Source of the DNA: an uncultured Verrucomicrobiae bacterium
GTDB taxonomy: Bacteria > Verrucomicrobiota > Verrucomicrobiia > Chthoniobacterales > UBA10450
Assembly: GCA_963735805.1 (NCBI GenBank)
Contig: CAVTMK010000003.1
Location: 449,693-513,692, forward strand
Direction of reading: 5' to 3'
DNA length: 64,000 nucleotides
Shown here one piece after another: positions 11,846 to 22,308 of the stretch (positions are counted from its first letter, which is position 1; every line of letters begins with the position of its first letter). Both the position numbers and the translations under genes were made by a program. The notes below the pieces were generated by a model, which had not been told where the DNA came from, did no database searches, and saw nothing but the letters and a program-made list of their open reading frames with translations.

Positions 11846-12692
11846 TCCAGCCGTAGCGGTTAGCGGACTAACGAAAATCTTTCCCGTTCCTTTGCATCCC
11901 GCTCGCGGGATTATCGCCGTCAATGACCTCAACCTTCGCATCGAACCCGGCGAAGTGTTCGGCTTACTTGGACCGAACGGGTCCGGTAAAAGTACAACTC
12001 TCAAAATTATTCTCGGGCTCGTTTCCCCAACGCATGGGCGCACCGAAATTTTTGGGCGCGACAGTCGCCTGGTGGAAAGCCGCCAGGCAGTCGGTTTTCT
12101 GCCGGAAAATCCGTATTTCTACAAGTATCTCACAGGAGAAGAAACGCTGCGTTTCTTTGGGCGTCTTTGCGGCCTGCGGGGCGCCGGACTTAAGAAACGC
12201 ATAAACGAATTGCTAGAACTCGTCGGCTTGACTAAAGCGCGCAAACGCCGTCTGGGCACTTATTCCAAAGGCATGTTGCAACGCATTGGTCTTGCACAGG
12301 CATTGATTCATGAGCCGAGACTCGTAGTCCTGGATGAACCGACCGCAGGCGTCGATCCGGCTGGCTCGCGGGAGATCCGTGACTTGATTTTCGACCTCAA
12401 GCGCCGCGGAATTACTGTTCTGCTCTCCTCGCATTTGCTCGCGCAAGCACAGGAGATTTGCGACCGCGTGGGCATTCTCGCGGATGGCGTACTGGTACGC
12501 GAGGGGCATCTGCAGGAATTGATTGCCATTGAAAATCAAACCGAGCTCGTTATTGCGAACGCGTCTCCCCAGCTCCTAAACGAAATCGAGTCGGCAATCA
12601 GTCAATCGAACGCGAAGCTTCTCGAACGCCGAAAATCGACGACCACTCTCGAAAGATTATTTCTCGAGGCAACGAAGGGTGACACGAAATGA
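11838..12692 (+). CDS. ABC transporter ATP-binding protein
   Basis: GPNGSGKST, YSKGM signature, LDEP, SSH. Confidence 0.95.
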   Translation: MTNPAVAVSGLTKIFPVPLHPARGIIAVNDLNLRIEPGEVFGLLGPNGSGKSTTLKIILGLVSPTHGRTEIFGRDSRLVESRQAVGFLPENPYFYKYLTGEETLRFFGRLCGLRGAGLKKRINELLELVGLTKARKRRLGTYSKGMLQRIGLAQALIHEPRLVVLDEPTAGVDPAGSREIRDLIFDLKRRGITVLLSSHLLAQAQEICDRVGILADGVLVREGHLQELIAIENQTELVIANASPQLLNEIESAISQSNAKLLERRKSTTTLERLFLEATKGDTK

Positions 12693-13659
12693 CGAAATCC
12701 GGCCGTCGATTGACGAAGCAGCCATGACAAACATAGAAAACGCTTCAACGCTTCGACGCTTTAACGATTCCACGGCGGCGAAACCGCATCGTCCTTTCTC
12801 TTTCTCGCGGATCCTTGCCATCACGCTGAATACCCTGACTGAACTCACCCGGCTCAGAGTCTTTTACGTGTTGCTTGTGTTCGCGCTCCTTTTGATTGGC
12901 AGCTCGGTCTTCATGGCGCAATTCTCTTTTCAGCAGGAGTTTCAAATCCTGAAAGATGTCGCACTCGGCGCCATTTCGATCTTTACTTCGCTGCTAGCCA
13001 TCGTTGCTACGGCGCGACTGCTCCCGCAGGACATCGAGGATCGAACGGTTTACACTATTCTCGCCAAGCCGGTGCCCCGCGTGGAATATATCTTCGGGAA
13101 AATTGCGGGCGTTCTTCTGCTTCTGGCAATCAGCACGTTGGTGATGAGCGCAGCATTTTCGCTGGTGTTGTATTTGCGCGAACAGGCTGTGATCCACGCC
13201 ACAGTGAACCAAATGTCCGGTGCGCCCCCGGCACAAATCGCTGATGCCCTCCGCGCAATAAGATCTTCTGCTTTCAACATCGATATCATTCCAGGAATCA
13301 TCATTATTTACTTGAAAGCATGTCTGTTGGCCGCCCTGACGCTCTTCGTTTCTACATTCGCTAGCACGAATATTTTCACGATTGTCGTAATGGCTTTCAT
13401 TTATTTCATTGGCCACTTGCAGGCGACTGCGCGGGAATACTGGCTGCAGGAACACAGCAGCAGTCTGCTTACCCGCGTCTTTCTTGCGATCGTGGCGCTG
13501 TTGTTTCCCGACTTGCAGGCGTTTAACCTGGTGGATGATATCGTCGCGGGCACTGCCATTTCGCTGGCGCTTTTTGCCAAGACCGCGTTGCTGGGTGTTT
13601 TCTACACAACGCTCTATACGCTGCTGGCGGCGTTCGTGTTCTATGGAAAAGAATTATGA
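12679..13659 (+). CDS. ABC-2 type transporter permease
   Basis: Multiple TM helices, DIEDRTVYTILAKPVPR motif; start uncertain. Confidence 0.85.
   Translation: MTRNDEIRPSIDEAAMTNIENASTLRRFNDSTAAKPHRPFSFSRILAITLNTLTELTRLRVFYVLLVFALLLIGSSVFMAQFSFQQEFQILKDVALGAISIFTSLLAIVATARLLPQDIEDRTVYTILAKPVPRVEYIFGKIAGVLLLLAISTLVMSAAFSLVLYLREQAVIHATVNQMSGAPPAQIADALRAIRSSAFNIDIIPGIIIIYLKACLLAALTLFVSTFASTNIFTIVVMAFIYFIGHLQATAREYWLQEHSSSLLTRVFLAIVALLFPDLQAFNLVDDIVAGTAISLALFAKTALLGVFYTTLYTLLAAFVFYGKEL
12743..12774. repeat. Octamer tandem repeat (CTTCAACG-like)
   Basis: CTTCAACG CTTCGACG CTTTAACG ATTCCACG; same unit at 15264-15287 and, reversed, at 17002-17032. Confidence 0.6.
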
Positions 13660-14426
13660 TGCGAGTTCTTCTTGCGCTGACACTCGTGGTTGCGCTTGGG
13701 GCGCTCAAACTGCCGCTAGAGCGCGACCTGGCGGTGCTTCATCGCCGGGAACATTTTCGCGGGGTGGAGTTTAATCTCGATCTTCGAGAAAAAATTGGCC
13801 AACTCGGTTTCATTGCCGCCTTGAGCGGATTTCGGGCGATTGTTGCTGACGCGCTTTTCATCCAGGCACACGTCGCATGGGAACGCACAGAATGGGGCCG
13901 GATCCTGTTATTGTTTCGCCACATCACAACGCTGCAGCCTCGAGTGCTTCTGTTCTGGGACATGGCGGCGTGGCACATGGCGTGGAATGCTAGCGTGGCA
14001 GCGATGAACGACCAGGGCCAGCCGCGGCTGGCCCTGCGCGTCAAAGCGCAGCGCGAATATTTTGCGCTGGGAAAAGACTTCCTCGAAAGCGGAATAAAAA
14101 ATAACCCTGATCGTCCCCAGCTCTACGAAGCGCTCGCCCGCCTTTATAAGGAGAAATACAAGAACCACGAGCGCGCTTCCGAGTTTTACGCCAAGGCAGC
14201 GGTCTTGCCTGGCGCAGCGAGCTATGACCGGCGTTTCTCAGCTTACGAGCTTTCCTACTGCGAAGGACACGAGCGCGAAGCATATGACCGCTTGCGCAGC
14301 CTCTTTGAGGAGGGCCTGCAGGAACGGCTGCCGACTCTGATCACGCGACTGAAATTTCTTCAGGAAAAGCTTAACATTCCACAGGATCAGCGGATTCCCG
14401 ACAAAAACGATAAGAGCGCCAAATAG
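13656..14426 (+). CDS. Hypothetical membrane-anchored TPR-like protein
   Basis: N-terminal hydrophobic segment, helical repeats (GIKNNPDRPQLYEALARLY); coupled to the permease. Confidence 0.7.
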   Translation: MMRVLLALTLVVALGALKLPLERDLAVLHRREHFRGVEFNLDLREKIGQLGFIAALSGFRAIVADALFIQAHVAWERTEWGRILLLFRHITTLQPRVLLFWDMAAWHMAWNASVAAMNDQGQPRLALRVKAQREYFALGKDFLESGIKNNPDRPQLYEALARLYKEKYKNHERASEFYAKAAVLPGAASYDRRFSAYELSYCEGHEREAYDRLRSLFEEGLQERLPTLITRLKFLQEKLNIPQDQRIPDKNDKSAK

Positions 14427-14528
14427 TTGAGAAATCGAGCTGGCCTAAGCGTAAAAAGATGGCGGAATTGTAATTCGTTGAGGCATTAAAGCGCTTCCGT
14501 GATAAGGTTCTGCCTTTTTACGATCTCT

Positions 14529-15251
14529 ATGCGCTTCGCGATCCTCAGCGATATTCACGCCAATCTCGAGGCATTGGAAGCGGTGCTGGATGACGCACGC
14601 GCGCGGAAATGCACGCGCTTCGTATGTCTGGGCGACGTGGTCGGTTACAATGCCAACCCGGCGGAATGCGTCGAACTTATTCGCGAGTTGGATTGCCCTG
14701 TGGTTAAAGGCAATCACGATGAGGCGGCGTCACGTCTCGCGCCACCTGGTGATTTTAATGAAATCGCGGAGCGTGCCATTGCATGGACCCGCGACCACTT
14801 AACGGAGGAGCACAAGGAATGGTTGCGCGGATTACCGCTGCAGAGCCGTGTGCACGATTTTACCATCGTGCACGCCACGCTCGATACACCGGGACAATGG
14901 GGTTACGTTTTTAACAACCTCGACGCGGCCGCCAGCTTCACTTATCAGCGCACCAACGTCTGTTTCTTCGGGCACACGCATGTGCCCATGGTGTTTATTC
15001 GGGACGAAAACGTTCGACGAGAAAGAGTCGAGCATGTTCGCATCGAGCCAACCAAAAAGTATTTCATCAACATGGGGAGTGTGGGGCAACCGCGTGATGG
15101 AAACTGGCGCGCCGCCTACTGCATTTACGATACGGAGAATAATGTGGTCCAACAATTTCGCATAAAATATGATTTGGCGACTGTGCAAAAGAAGATTGCT
15201 GCAGCGGGGTTACCGCGGCTCCTGGCTGAGCGGCTTGCAATTGGGAGATAA
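14529..15251 (+). CDS. Metallophosphoesterase (calcineurin-like)
   Basis: SDIHAN, GDVVGY, GNHD, GHTH, GSVGQPRDG. Confidence 0.9.
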   Translation: MRFAILSDIHANLEALEAVLDDARARKCTRFVCLGDVVGYNANPAECVELIRELDCPVVKGNHDEAASRLAPPGDFNEIAERAIAWTRDHLTEEHKEWLRGLPLQSRVHDFTIVHATLDTPGQWGYVFNNLDAAASFTYQRTNVCFFGHTHVPMVFIRDENVRRERVEHVRIEPTKKYFINMGSVGQPRDGNWRAAYCIYDTENNVVQQFRIKYDLATVQKKIAAAGLPRLLAERLAIGR

Positions 15252-15286
15252 GACCGACTCACCTTTCAACGCTTTAACGCTTCAAC

Positions 15287-16275
15287 CTGAATCCAAAGTC
15301 CATTCTGATCATCAAGCCGGGTCCGCTCAGTGACATCGTTCACGTGCTTCCCGCAATCGCATTGCTTCGCGAAGCGCAGCCTGGCGCAGAGATCACTTGG
15401 GTCATTAACCCGGAGCTTGCTCCCTTGCTCCGGGGGAACCCTGATGTAAACCATGTTCACTTACTGCCAAGCGGTCGCCTCAGAGGCCTCGGCGCAGCGC
15501 AAAGTTTACTGCCGTGGTTGAAGAAAACCCAGGCGATCCGGCCCGATCTTGCGCTCGATTTCCAGGGACTGCGCCGCAGTGCTCTTGTTGCAAGGATCAG
15601 CGGCGCAAAAGAAGTGTGCGGGATGAGTGATGCGCGCGTTGGAGCGAACTGGCTCTACGATCGCGTCGCGCGGGTCAACCGCCGCAGTCATCCGGTCGAG
15701 CGTTACCTAAAGCTGGCGGAATACGTGAGCGGCGCCGCGGCGAGTCACTTCGATGCTCGATTCCAAGTGGCGATCCGCTTCCGCGCTTCGACGCGCATCC
15801 GCCGTTCGTTCTTCTTCATCCGTTCGCGCGCGGGCAGGACAAATCGCTTTCAAACGGAGTCATCGAGGAATTCTGTAACGCGCTCGCGCCAACTCGCGTG
15901 CTGGTTGTAGGACAATCGCACCGCAGATTGAACACGCCCGAAAATTGCGTTGATCTGACCAGGCAAACGTCGCTGCTTCAATTGATCTGGCTCATCCGAG
16001 TCGCACGGTTCGTGGTAAGCGTGGAGAGTGGCCCCATGCATATTGCCGCGGCGGTAACACCTAACCTGTTATCGATCCACACCTGGACTGATCCGCACCG
16101 CATCGGTCCCTACAATCCGGATGCCTGGATTTGGAAACACGGTCAACTTGTGCGCGTCGGCGAACTTGAGAGCGTCAAGATTCGAAAATACGGCCGTCGG
16201 TTTAGACGCAAGGATGTCGCATCCGTAGTCGAGATGATTCGACCGCTGGTTCCCATCGACCCCATGGTCGCTTAA
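15287..16275 (+). pseudogene. Glycosyltransferase family 9 (LPS heptosyltransferase-like), frameshifted near 15735
   Basis: ILIIKPGPLSDIVHVLPA and DFQGL in frame 1; LLHPFARG and SVESGPMHIAAA in frame 2; possibly a sequencing indel. Confidence 0.75.
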
Positions 16276-16300
16276 CTTCGCCGCACCAGCAGGCTCCGTC

Positions 16301-16999
16301 TCAACTTGCGGCAGCCCGGATTTGTTGCGCCAGGACAAATTCGGCAAGCGCCAAATCCCGCGGGTATGTGATTTTGAAGTTCAAGTCTTTGTTTGGAACC
16401 ACAACAACCTTCCGCCCGAGCCGCTCGACCGCTGAAACCTCATCGGTAACCGAAGCATTCTCTGCGTAAACGGCTCGATACGCTTCCTCGATCAAGTTAC
16501 GCTCGAAAATCTGTGGTGTTTGCATGGCGTAAAGCTGATGTCGATCCACTGAGCCGCTGACAAAAAATTCAGTGTCAGCATATTTGAGCGTATCACTGAT
16601 TGGCTCAGCCAGAGTCGCCGCAGCGTGTATCCGGCATTGCTCGAAGACCGATTCTACCTGTCGCGGGGTGATCAACGGGCGCGCCGCATCATGCACGGCA
16701 ACGTATCTTGTGGCCGGGTCGAGTTGACCCAGGCCGGAGCGAACGGAATCCTGACGATGTTTGCCACCGGGAATAATCGACCGAACTTTTTTTAAATTTT
16801 CATCGCGAACGATCGCTTTAATTTCGGTGTGTTGATCTTCGCGTGCGACCACGATAATCCCGTTGACGCATCCGACCCGCTCAAATGCGCGCATGGTATG
16901 CCCGATAACAGGTCTCCCCGCGATCGTCGCAAACAATTTGTCGAAACCCATGCGACGACTGTCACCGGCGGCAACGATGATTGCGGTGAGCATGCTCAC
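16301..16999 (-). CDS. ispD: 2-C-methyl-D-erythritol 4-phosphate cytidylyltransferase
   Basis: AAGDSRRMG, RQDSV, VHDAARP, QTPQ, NFKITYPRDL. Confidence 0.95.
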   Translation of the reverse strand: MSMLTAIIVAAGDSRRMGFDKLFATIAGRPVIGHTMRAFERVGCVNGIIVVAREDQHTEIKAIVRDENLKKVRSIIPGGKHRQDSVRSGLGQLDPATRYVAVHDAARPLITPRQVESVFEQCRIHAAATLAEPISDTLKYADTEFFVSGSVDRHQLYAMQTPQIFERNLIEEAYRAVYAENASVTDEVSAVERLGRKVVVVPNKDLNFKITYPRDLALAEFVLAQQIRAAAS

Positions 17000-17057
17000 A
17001 ACGTTACATCGTGAACCGTTAAATCGTTACATCGATTCACGGGTCTCGATTCTCGAA

Positions 17058-17513
17058 TTACGAACTCAGTTGCTTCTGCACTTCCGCGCTCAGCGCTCTG
17101 CCGTCAACGCGACCAGCCACTTTCGTCTGCAAGGCTTTCATCACCACACCCATTTGCGTTCGTGAGGATGCGCCTGCTTCGGCGATTGTTTCACGGACAA
17201 TCTTCGAAATTTCATCGTCACTCATCGGCTGCGGCAAATATCCATTTAGAATCGCCAGTTCTTCTTTCTCTTTTTCCGCAAGTTCCGCGCGGCCGCCTTT
17301 TTCAAAGCTCTCAATTGAATCCTGGCGTTGCTTGACCTGCTTGCGAATCACCTGCGAGGCCTCGGCGTCGCTCAACTCCGCTTCCGCGCCCGATTTTGCA
17401 ATGGCTGCGTATTTCAACGCGGATTTGAGCATACGCACGACGGCCAGCCTGGTGGCGTCCTTAGCCCGCATCGCCTCTTTCAGTTCTGAATCCACACGTT
17501 GTTGCAGTGTCAT
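17058..17513 (-). CDS. GatB/YqeY domain protein
   Basis: LKEAMRAKD, KQRQDSIESF, YLPQPMS, MGVVM. Confidence 0.9.
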   Translation of the reverse strand: MTLQQRVDSELKEAMRAKDATRLAVVRMLKSALKYAAIAKSGAEAELSDAEASQVIRKQVKQRQDSIESFEKGGRAELAEKEKEELAILNGYLPQPMSDDEISKIVRETIAEAGASSRTQMGVVMKALQTKVAGRVDGRALSAEVQKQLSS

Positions 17514-17552
17514 GTAGAAGAATTAAGGCGATAAATACACAGTTGTCGACGT

Positions 17553-17625
17553 TGTAGCCACGGCGCTGTGTCGAGGCGTTGAGAATTACTCTCTTTTCAC
17601 ACGGCGACACAGCGCCGTGGCTACA
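17553..17625. repeat. REP-like element with perfect 21-bp inverted arms
   Basis: TGTAGCCACGGCGCTGTGTCG / CGACACAGCGCCGTGGCTACA; supplies the TAG stop of fabD. Confidence 0.85.
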
Positions 17626-18545
17626 GCATGGCGGCGCATTTCTGCACCGATGTGACATCGGAAACCGATATCACATCGACGCCTTTGAGAGTGCGCCGCA
17701 ATAAGCCTGCCAGGACGCCGCCAGGGCCTAATTCAATGAAGAAATCACAACCAAGCGTTCGCGAGCCGCTCCATACAATCGACCCAGCGTACCGTGCCGG
17801 TGACCTGGTCCTGAAGCGTGCGACGAATTTCATCCGGGTTTTTCACTTCCTCGCCTGTCACGTCGCTGATCACAGGAAAAGACGGTCCTTGCATCGGAAC
17901 ATGTTGGAGCACCGCGCCAAGTTTCTCATATGCGCTTTCCATCAAACGGGAATGATACGCACCGGCGACGTTCAGCATTGTGGCGCGACGAATCCCGTAT
18001 TCCTTCGCAACACCGACAGCCGCTTCCACTTTGGCCAGTTCACCTGAAATAACGATTTGTCCCGGCGCGTTAATGTTCGCAATATCGACATCTTCGTCCG
18101 CGGCCAGCTGTCTGGCGACATTTTCCTCCGCGCCAATCAATGCGGCCATTCCGCCGGACGTTTTGTCGCATGCCTCGTTCATCAATTCGCCCCGCCGCTG
18201 CACGAGTCTCAATCCATTTTCAAAGTCGAACGTTCCGGCAGCGGCGTGCGCCGTCATTTCGCCTAACGACAAGCCGGCCGCCCCAGTAATGGGAAAATTG
18301 CCTACCAGCTCGCGCACGATCGACAAACACGCCAGCCCATGTACGAACAGCGCAGGCTGACAATTGGAAGTCTTGGTCAGATCTTCAATCGGACCGCTCC
18401 ATGCGATTTCACTTAGCTTCCTGCCAAGGACATCATCCGCTCTCTGAAACAGCTCGGCTGCAACACGGAACTGTTCCACAAGGTCGCGTCCCATCCCGAC
18501 AGCTTGTGCGCCCTGGCCAGCGAAAAGCAGTGCGATCTTTTTCAT
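17621..18545 (-). CDS. fabD: Malonyl-CoA:ACP transacylase, apparent +1 indel near 17757
   Basis: FAGQGAQ, QPAL, GLSLGE, VAGAYHS; C-terminal FFIELGPGGVLAGL lies in another frame. Confidence 0.9.
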
Positions 18546-18762
18546 TCGACCCCATCATCGACGTCCGCTTCACGCGATTCAAATGTCAAATGGCAGCGCG
18601 GATCGCCGGAGCGTCTGTTCAAACGATGCGGCGTGCCCGGCGATCACCCTTTACCAGCAGACTTCGACCAGGCTTTCGCCGAAATTGCTTGCGTGCACTG
18701 GTTCACTCGCCAGCGTAAATGTATCTGTTTAACTTGTAATCTTTTAACTTTTTAATTTTCCC

Positions 18763-20019
18763 ATGCCTTTCACGACACGTGAAATTGAATCGCCTGATCC
18801 CGTGACACGAGTAGTGGCTGCGGACGCAGAGCTTCATCATGCCAATGACGACATTGGTGAAAAAATGGTGCTCAACATGGGGCCATCACACCCGGCGACG
18901 CATGGTGTGTTGCGACTCGTGCTCGAGCTCGACGGGGAGATCATCACCAAAGCCACGCCGGACATCGGTTTCCTACACCGGGGCGACGAAAAAATCGCGG
19001 AGAACATGCAGTACAATCAGTTCGTGCCTTACACCGATCGGCTGGATTATCTCGCGCCACTGTCGAACAACGTTGCTTACGCGCTTGCCGTTGAAAAATT
19101 GATGGGCTGGGAAATCCCGCCACGCGGGAAAACCATTCGCACCATTTGCTGCGAAACTTCCAGGATCTCTTCGCACTTACTGGGCTTGGGAGCGATGGCG
19201 CTCGATCTGGGCGCCATGACCGTCTTTCTTTACACGTTCACCGAGCGCGAAAAACTTTATAATCTTTTCGAACTGTTAACCGGAGCCCGTTTTACAACGT
19301 CTTATACGCGGGTCGGCGGAGAAATCCGGGATCTTCCGGAAACTTTCGTCCCGCAGCTCGAGAAATTCCTCGACGAATTCCCTCCCAGCCTGAACGAGTG
19401 CGACAGACTACTCACGCGCAATCGCATTTTTGTCGATCGAACGAAAGACATTGGGGTGATCTCAAAGGAGCAGGCAATTGCGTTTGCCCTTTCGGGACCG
19501 AACTTACGCGGCAGCGGAGTCGAGCACGATTTGCGTCGTAATCATCCGTATCTTGACTATGAGAATTACGACTTTGATGTGGTAATCGGAAGTGGCGGAG
19601 ACTGTTACGATCGTTACCTTGTGCGAATTGAGGAAATGCGACAAAGCGTTCGGATCCTCCGCCAGGCAATAGACAAATTGCCGAGTGGTCCGATTAACGT
19701 TGCTGATTGGAAAAACATGACGCCGCCCAAGTCGCGTGTCATGACCAAGATGGAAGAGTTAATCCATCATTTCATCGTAGTAACCGAAGGACTCGACGCG
19801 CCATCAGGCGAGGTCTATTTCGCCGCGGAAAATCCAAAGGGCGAGCTTGGTTTTTATATCAACAGCAGGGGCGGCGGCGTGCCTTATCGTCTAAAGATTC
19901 GCGCGCCGTCATTTGTGAATCTCAGTATTCTGTCTGAGCTTCTGCGGGGTTGCATGGTGAGCGATGTGCCGGCGGTGCTGGGGAGTCTGGACTTCGTCAT
20001 GGGTGAGTGCGACAGATGA
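18763..20019 (+). CDS. nuoD: NADH-quinone oxidoreductase subunit D
   Basis: NMGPSHPATHGVLRL, GFLHRG, DRLDY, PKGELG, GECDR. Confidence 0.97.
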   Translation: MPFTTREIESPDPVTRVVAADAELHHANDDIGEKMVLNMGPSHPATHGVLRLVLELDGEIITKATPDIGFLHRGDEKIAENMQYNQFVPYTDRLDYLAPLSNNVAYALAVEKLMGWEIPPRGKTIRTICCETSRISSHLLGLGAMALDLGAMTVFLYTFTEREKLYNLFELLTGARFTTSYTRVGGEIRDLPETFVPQLEKFLDEFPPSLNECDRLLTRNRIFVDRTKDIGVISKEQAIAFALSGPNLRGSGVEHDLRRNHPYLDYENYDFDVVIGSGGDCYDRYLVRIEEMRQSVRILRQAIDKLPSGPINVADWKNMTPPKSRVMTKMEELIHHFIVVTEGLDAPSGEVYFAAENPKGELGFYINSRGGGVPYRLKIRAPSFVNLSILSELLRGCMVSDVPAVLGSLDFVMGECDR

Positions 20020-20303
20020 ATATGCTGCGATCAATATCCCGATTTCTGCTGGTGCTCCTGCTTGCGCTTGGCGTTTCGTGTTCGCCCGGCAAACGCATCA
20101 CAAAGGCCAACGTGGATGCGGTGGAAGAGGGAATGTCGAAGAAACAGGTCGAGTCAATCCTGGGTCCTCCCTCCTCAATCAACAACGAAGATTTCGTAAT
20201 CATGAAGAAAACGACGTACGTTTACCGACAGGGTAAAGACTCGGTGACGGTCGTTTTCAAAGACGACAAGGTGCAATCCAAAGACAGCACATTGTCGAAA
20301 TAA
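20016..20303 (+). CDS. Small lipoprotein (SmpA/BamE-like fold)
   Basis: Lipobox LGVSC, GMSKKQVESILGPP. Confidence 0.7.
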   Translation: MNMLRSISRFLLVLLLALGVSCSPGKRITKANVDAVEEGMSKKQVESILGPPSSINNEDFVIMKKTTYVYRQGKDSVTVVFKDDKVQSKDSTLSK

Positions 20304-20316
20304 ACCTGGCGCTATC

Positions 20317-22302
20317 GTGGACTCGACGAACACGCGTGTTCCCGCCGAGTTGGAGCGGAAAATGGATGCCGCAATCGCGCGCTATCCGCAGGAGCATCAG
20401 CGCAGCGCAGCGATGCCGTTGCTTCACTTGTGGCAGGAACACTTCGGTTTTATCAGCGAAGGGGGGGTAGTCTGGATCGCTGCGAAGCTTGGCCTAGAGC
20501 CGATTAACATTCTCGAGCTGGTCACTTTTTATCCGATGTTCCGTCAGAAACCGGCGGGGAAAACTCACATCCGTGTCTGCCGGACGCTCAGCTGCGCGAT
20601 GGCCGGCAGTTTTGAGTTAATGGAAAATTTATGCTCCGCCACGGGAATCAAGCGCGAACAGGAAGGCGCGGGAATGCATGAGCCCATTTCTATTAGTGCC
20701 GATGGCAACTACAGCGTCCAGTTCGTTGAATGCCTTGCTAGCTGCGGCACGGCGCCTGTTTGCATGATAAACGAAGAGCTGCATGAAAATGTAAACCCGA
20801 ACGCACTGACGGAGCTTCTCCGAAATCAGACCCGAGAGATTAGACATCGACCATCTCCGCATCCACTCGAACATCGATTGATTTTCAAGAACATCGGACG
20901 CGACGATTGGACTACTGACATCAATTGTTATCTGCGAGCCGGCGGCTATGAGCAATTGAGGCAAGCCCTGACGACCCCGCGCGCCGAGATCATCAATAAA
21001 GTCAAGAACTCAGGCTTGCGCGGTCGCGGCGGCGCGGGTTTTTCGTGCGGCTTGAAATGGAGCTTTATCAAGTTGGATGAAAAACGACCCGTGTATCTCA
21101 TCTGTAACGCCGACGAGTCCGAGCCGGGGACATTCAAGGACCGCTATATCATCCATGAGGATCCGCACCAGCTATTGGAAGGGATTCTGATTTCCTGTTT
21201 CGCATTGAATGCGCGCACGGCCTACATCTATATCAGAGGTGAATTTCCGGAAGGCGCGAAACTCCTCGAGCGCGCCATCGAAGAAGCGCGTAAACACAAT
21301 TTTCTGGGAAAGAACATTCTTGGGTCCGGATTCGATGCGGAGGTTTACGTTCATCGGGGGGCAGGTGCTTACATATGCGGTGAAGAGACCGGCTTGATCG
21401 AATCGCTGGAAGGCAAGCGCGGATATCCCCGGATCAAACCGCCTTATTTCCCGGCTGTGCTGGGTCTCTACATGTGTCCGACGATCGTCAATAATGTGGA
21501 AACGCTGTGTCATGTGAAACACATCATTGCCATGGGCGGCGCGGAGTATGCGCGATTGGGCCGTCCCAACAATACCGGGACAAGAATCGTGTCCGTCAGT
21601 GGAGACGTGCAGCGGCCCGGTTATTTTGAAATTGAAGTCGGCGCAGTGACGATGGGTCAGCTTATTTATGAAATGGCTGGCGGATTAAAGCCTGGCCGCC
21701 AGCTAAAGGCAGTCATTCCCGGCGGAAGCTCTGCGAAAGTCTTGCGGGCCGACGAACGATTTAAATTCAAACTACACCAATCTGATGGATCAACTATCGA
21801 ACGCGAGATGTCGATCGATGAAATCCCGATGGATTTCGATTCACTAGCCGAAGCGGGTTCAATGGCCGGCTCCGGCGGCGTCATTGTGCTCGACGATTCC
21901 CGCGACGTAGTCTGGGTACTCAATAACATCAACGAATTCTACGCGCATGAAAGCTGCGGTCAGTGCACCCCCTGCCGGGAAGGCTCTCTTTGGATGCAGA
22001 AAATCACCGACCGGATGCTGCGTGGCGGCGGTGTAACAGAAGATCCAAACACGCTCAAGACCATTGGCGACAATATTGCCGGACGCACAATCTGCGCCTT
22101 TGGGGAAGCCTGCGCATGGCCAACGCAAAGTTTCGTTCAGAAGTTTCCCGAAGAATTTGCGGCACGCGCCAAAAAGCCGCCCCCGCCGCCGTTACCGCCC
22201 GAATATACGCCTGAGGAGCTAATCGAAGAGGAGTCGATTCCCGTAGTTCCCATGGCGCACGATCCGGGATGGGAGAAAGCCGGAGCGAAAGGAATTATTT
22301 AA
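20317..22302 (+). CDS. nuoEF: Fused NADH-quinone oxidoreductase NuoE-NuoF
   Basis: NuoE CRTLSC...CLASC followed in frame by NuoF GRGGAGF, NADESEPG, YICGEET, ESCGQCTPCREG. Confidence 0.93.
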   Translation: MDSTNTRVPAELERKMDAAIARYPQEHQRSAAMPLLHLWQEHFGFISEGGVVWIAAKLGLEPINILELVTFYPMFRQKPAGKTHIRVCRTLSCAMAGSFELMENLCSATGIKREQEGAGMHEPISISADGNYSVQFVECLASCGTAPVCMINEELHENVNPNALTELLRNQTREIRHRPSPHPLEHRLIFKNIGRDDWTTDINCYLRAGGYEQLRQALTTPRAEIINKVKNSGLRGRGGAGFSCGLKWSFIKLDEKRPVYLICNADESEPGTFKDRYIIHEDPHQLLEGILISCFALNARTAYIYIRGEFPEGAKLLERAIEEARKHNFLGKNILGSGFDAEVYVHRGAGAYICGEETGLIESLEGKRGYPRIKPPYFPAVLGLYMCPTIVNNVETLCHVKHIIAMGGAEYARLGRPNNTGTRIVSVSGDVQRPGYFEIEVGAVTMGQLIYEMAGGLKPGRQLKAVIPGGSSAKVLRADERFKFKLHQSDGSTIEREMSIDEIPMDFDSLAEAGSMAGSGGVIVLDDSRDVVWVLNNINEFYAHESCGQCTPCREGSLWMQKITDRMLRGGGVTEDPNTLKTIGDNIAGRTICAFGEACAWPTQSFVQKFPEEFAARAKKPPPPPLPPEYTPEELIEEESIPVVPMAHDPGWEKAGAKGII

Positions 22303-22308
22303 ACTCCG

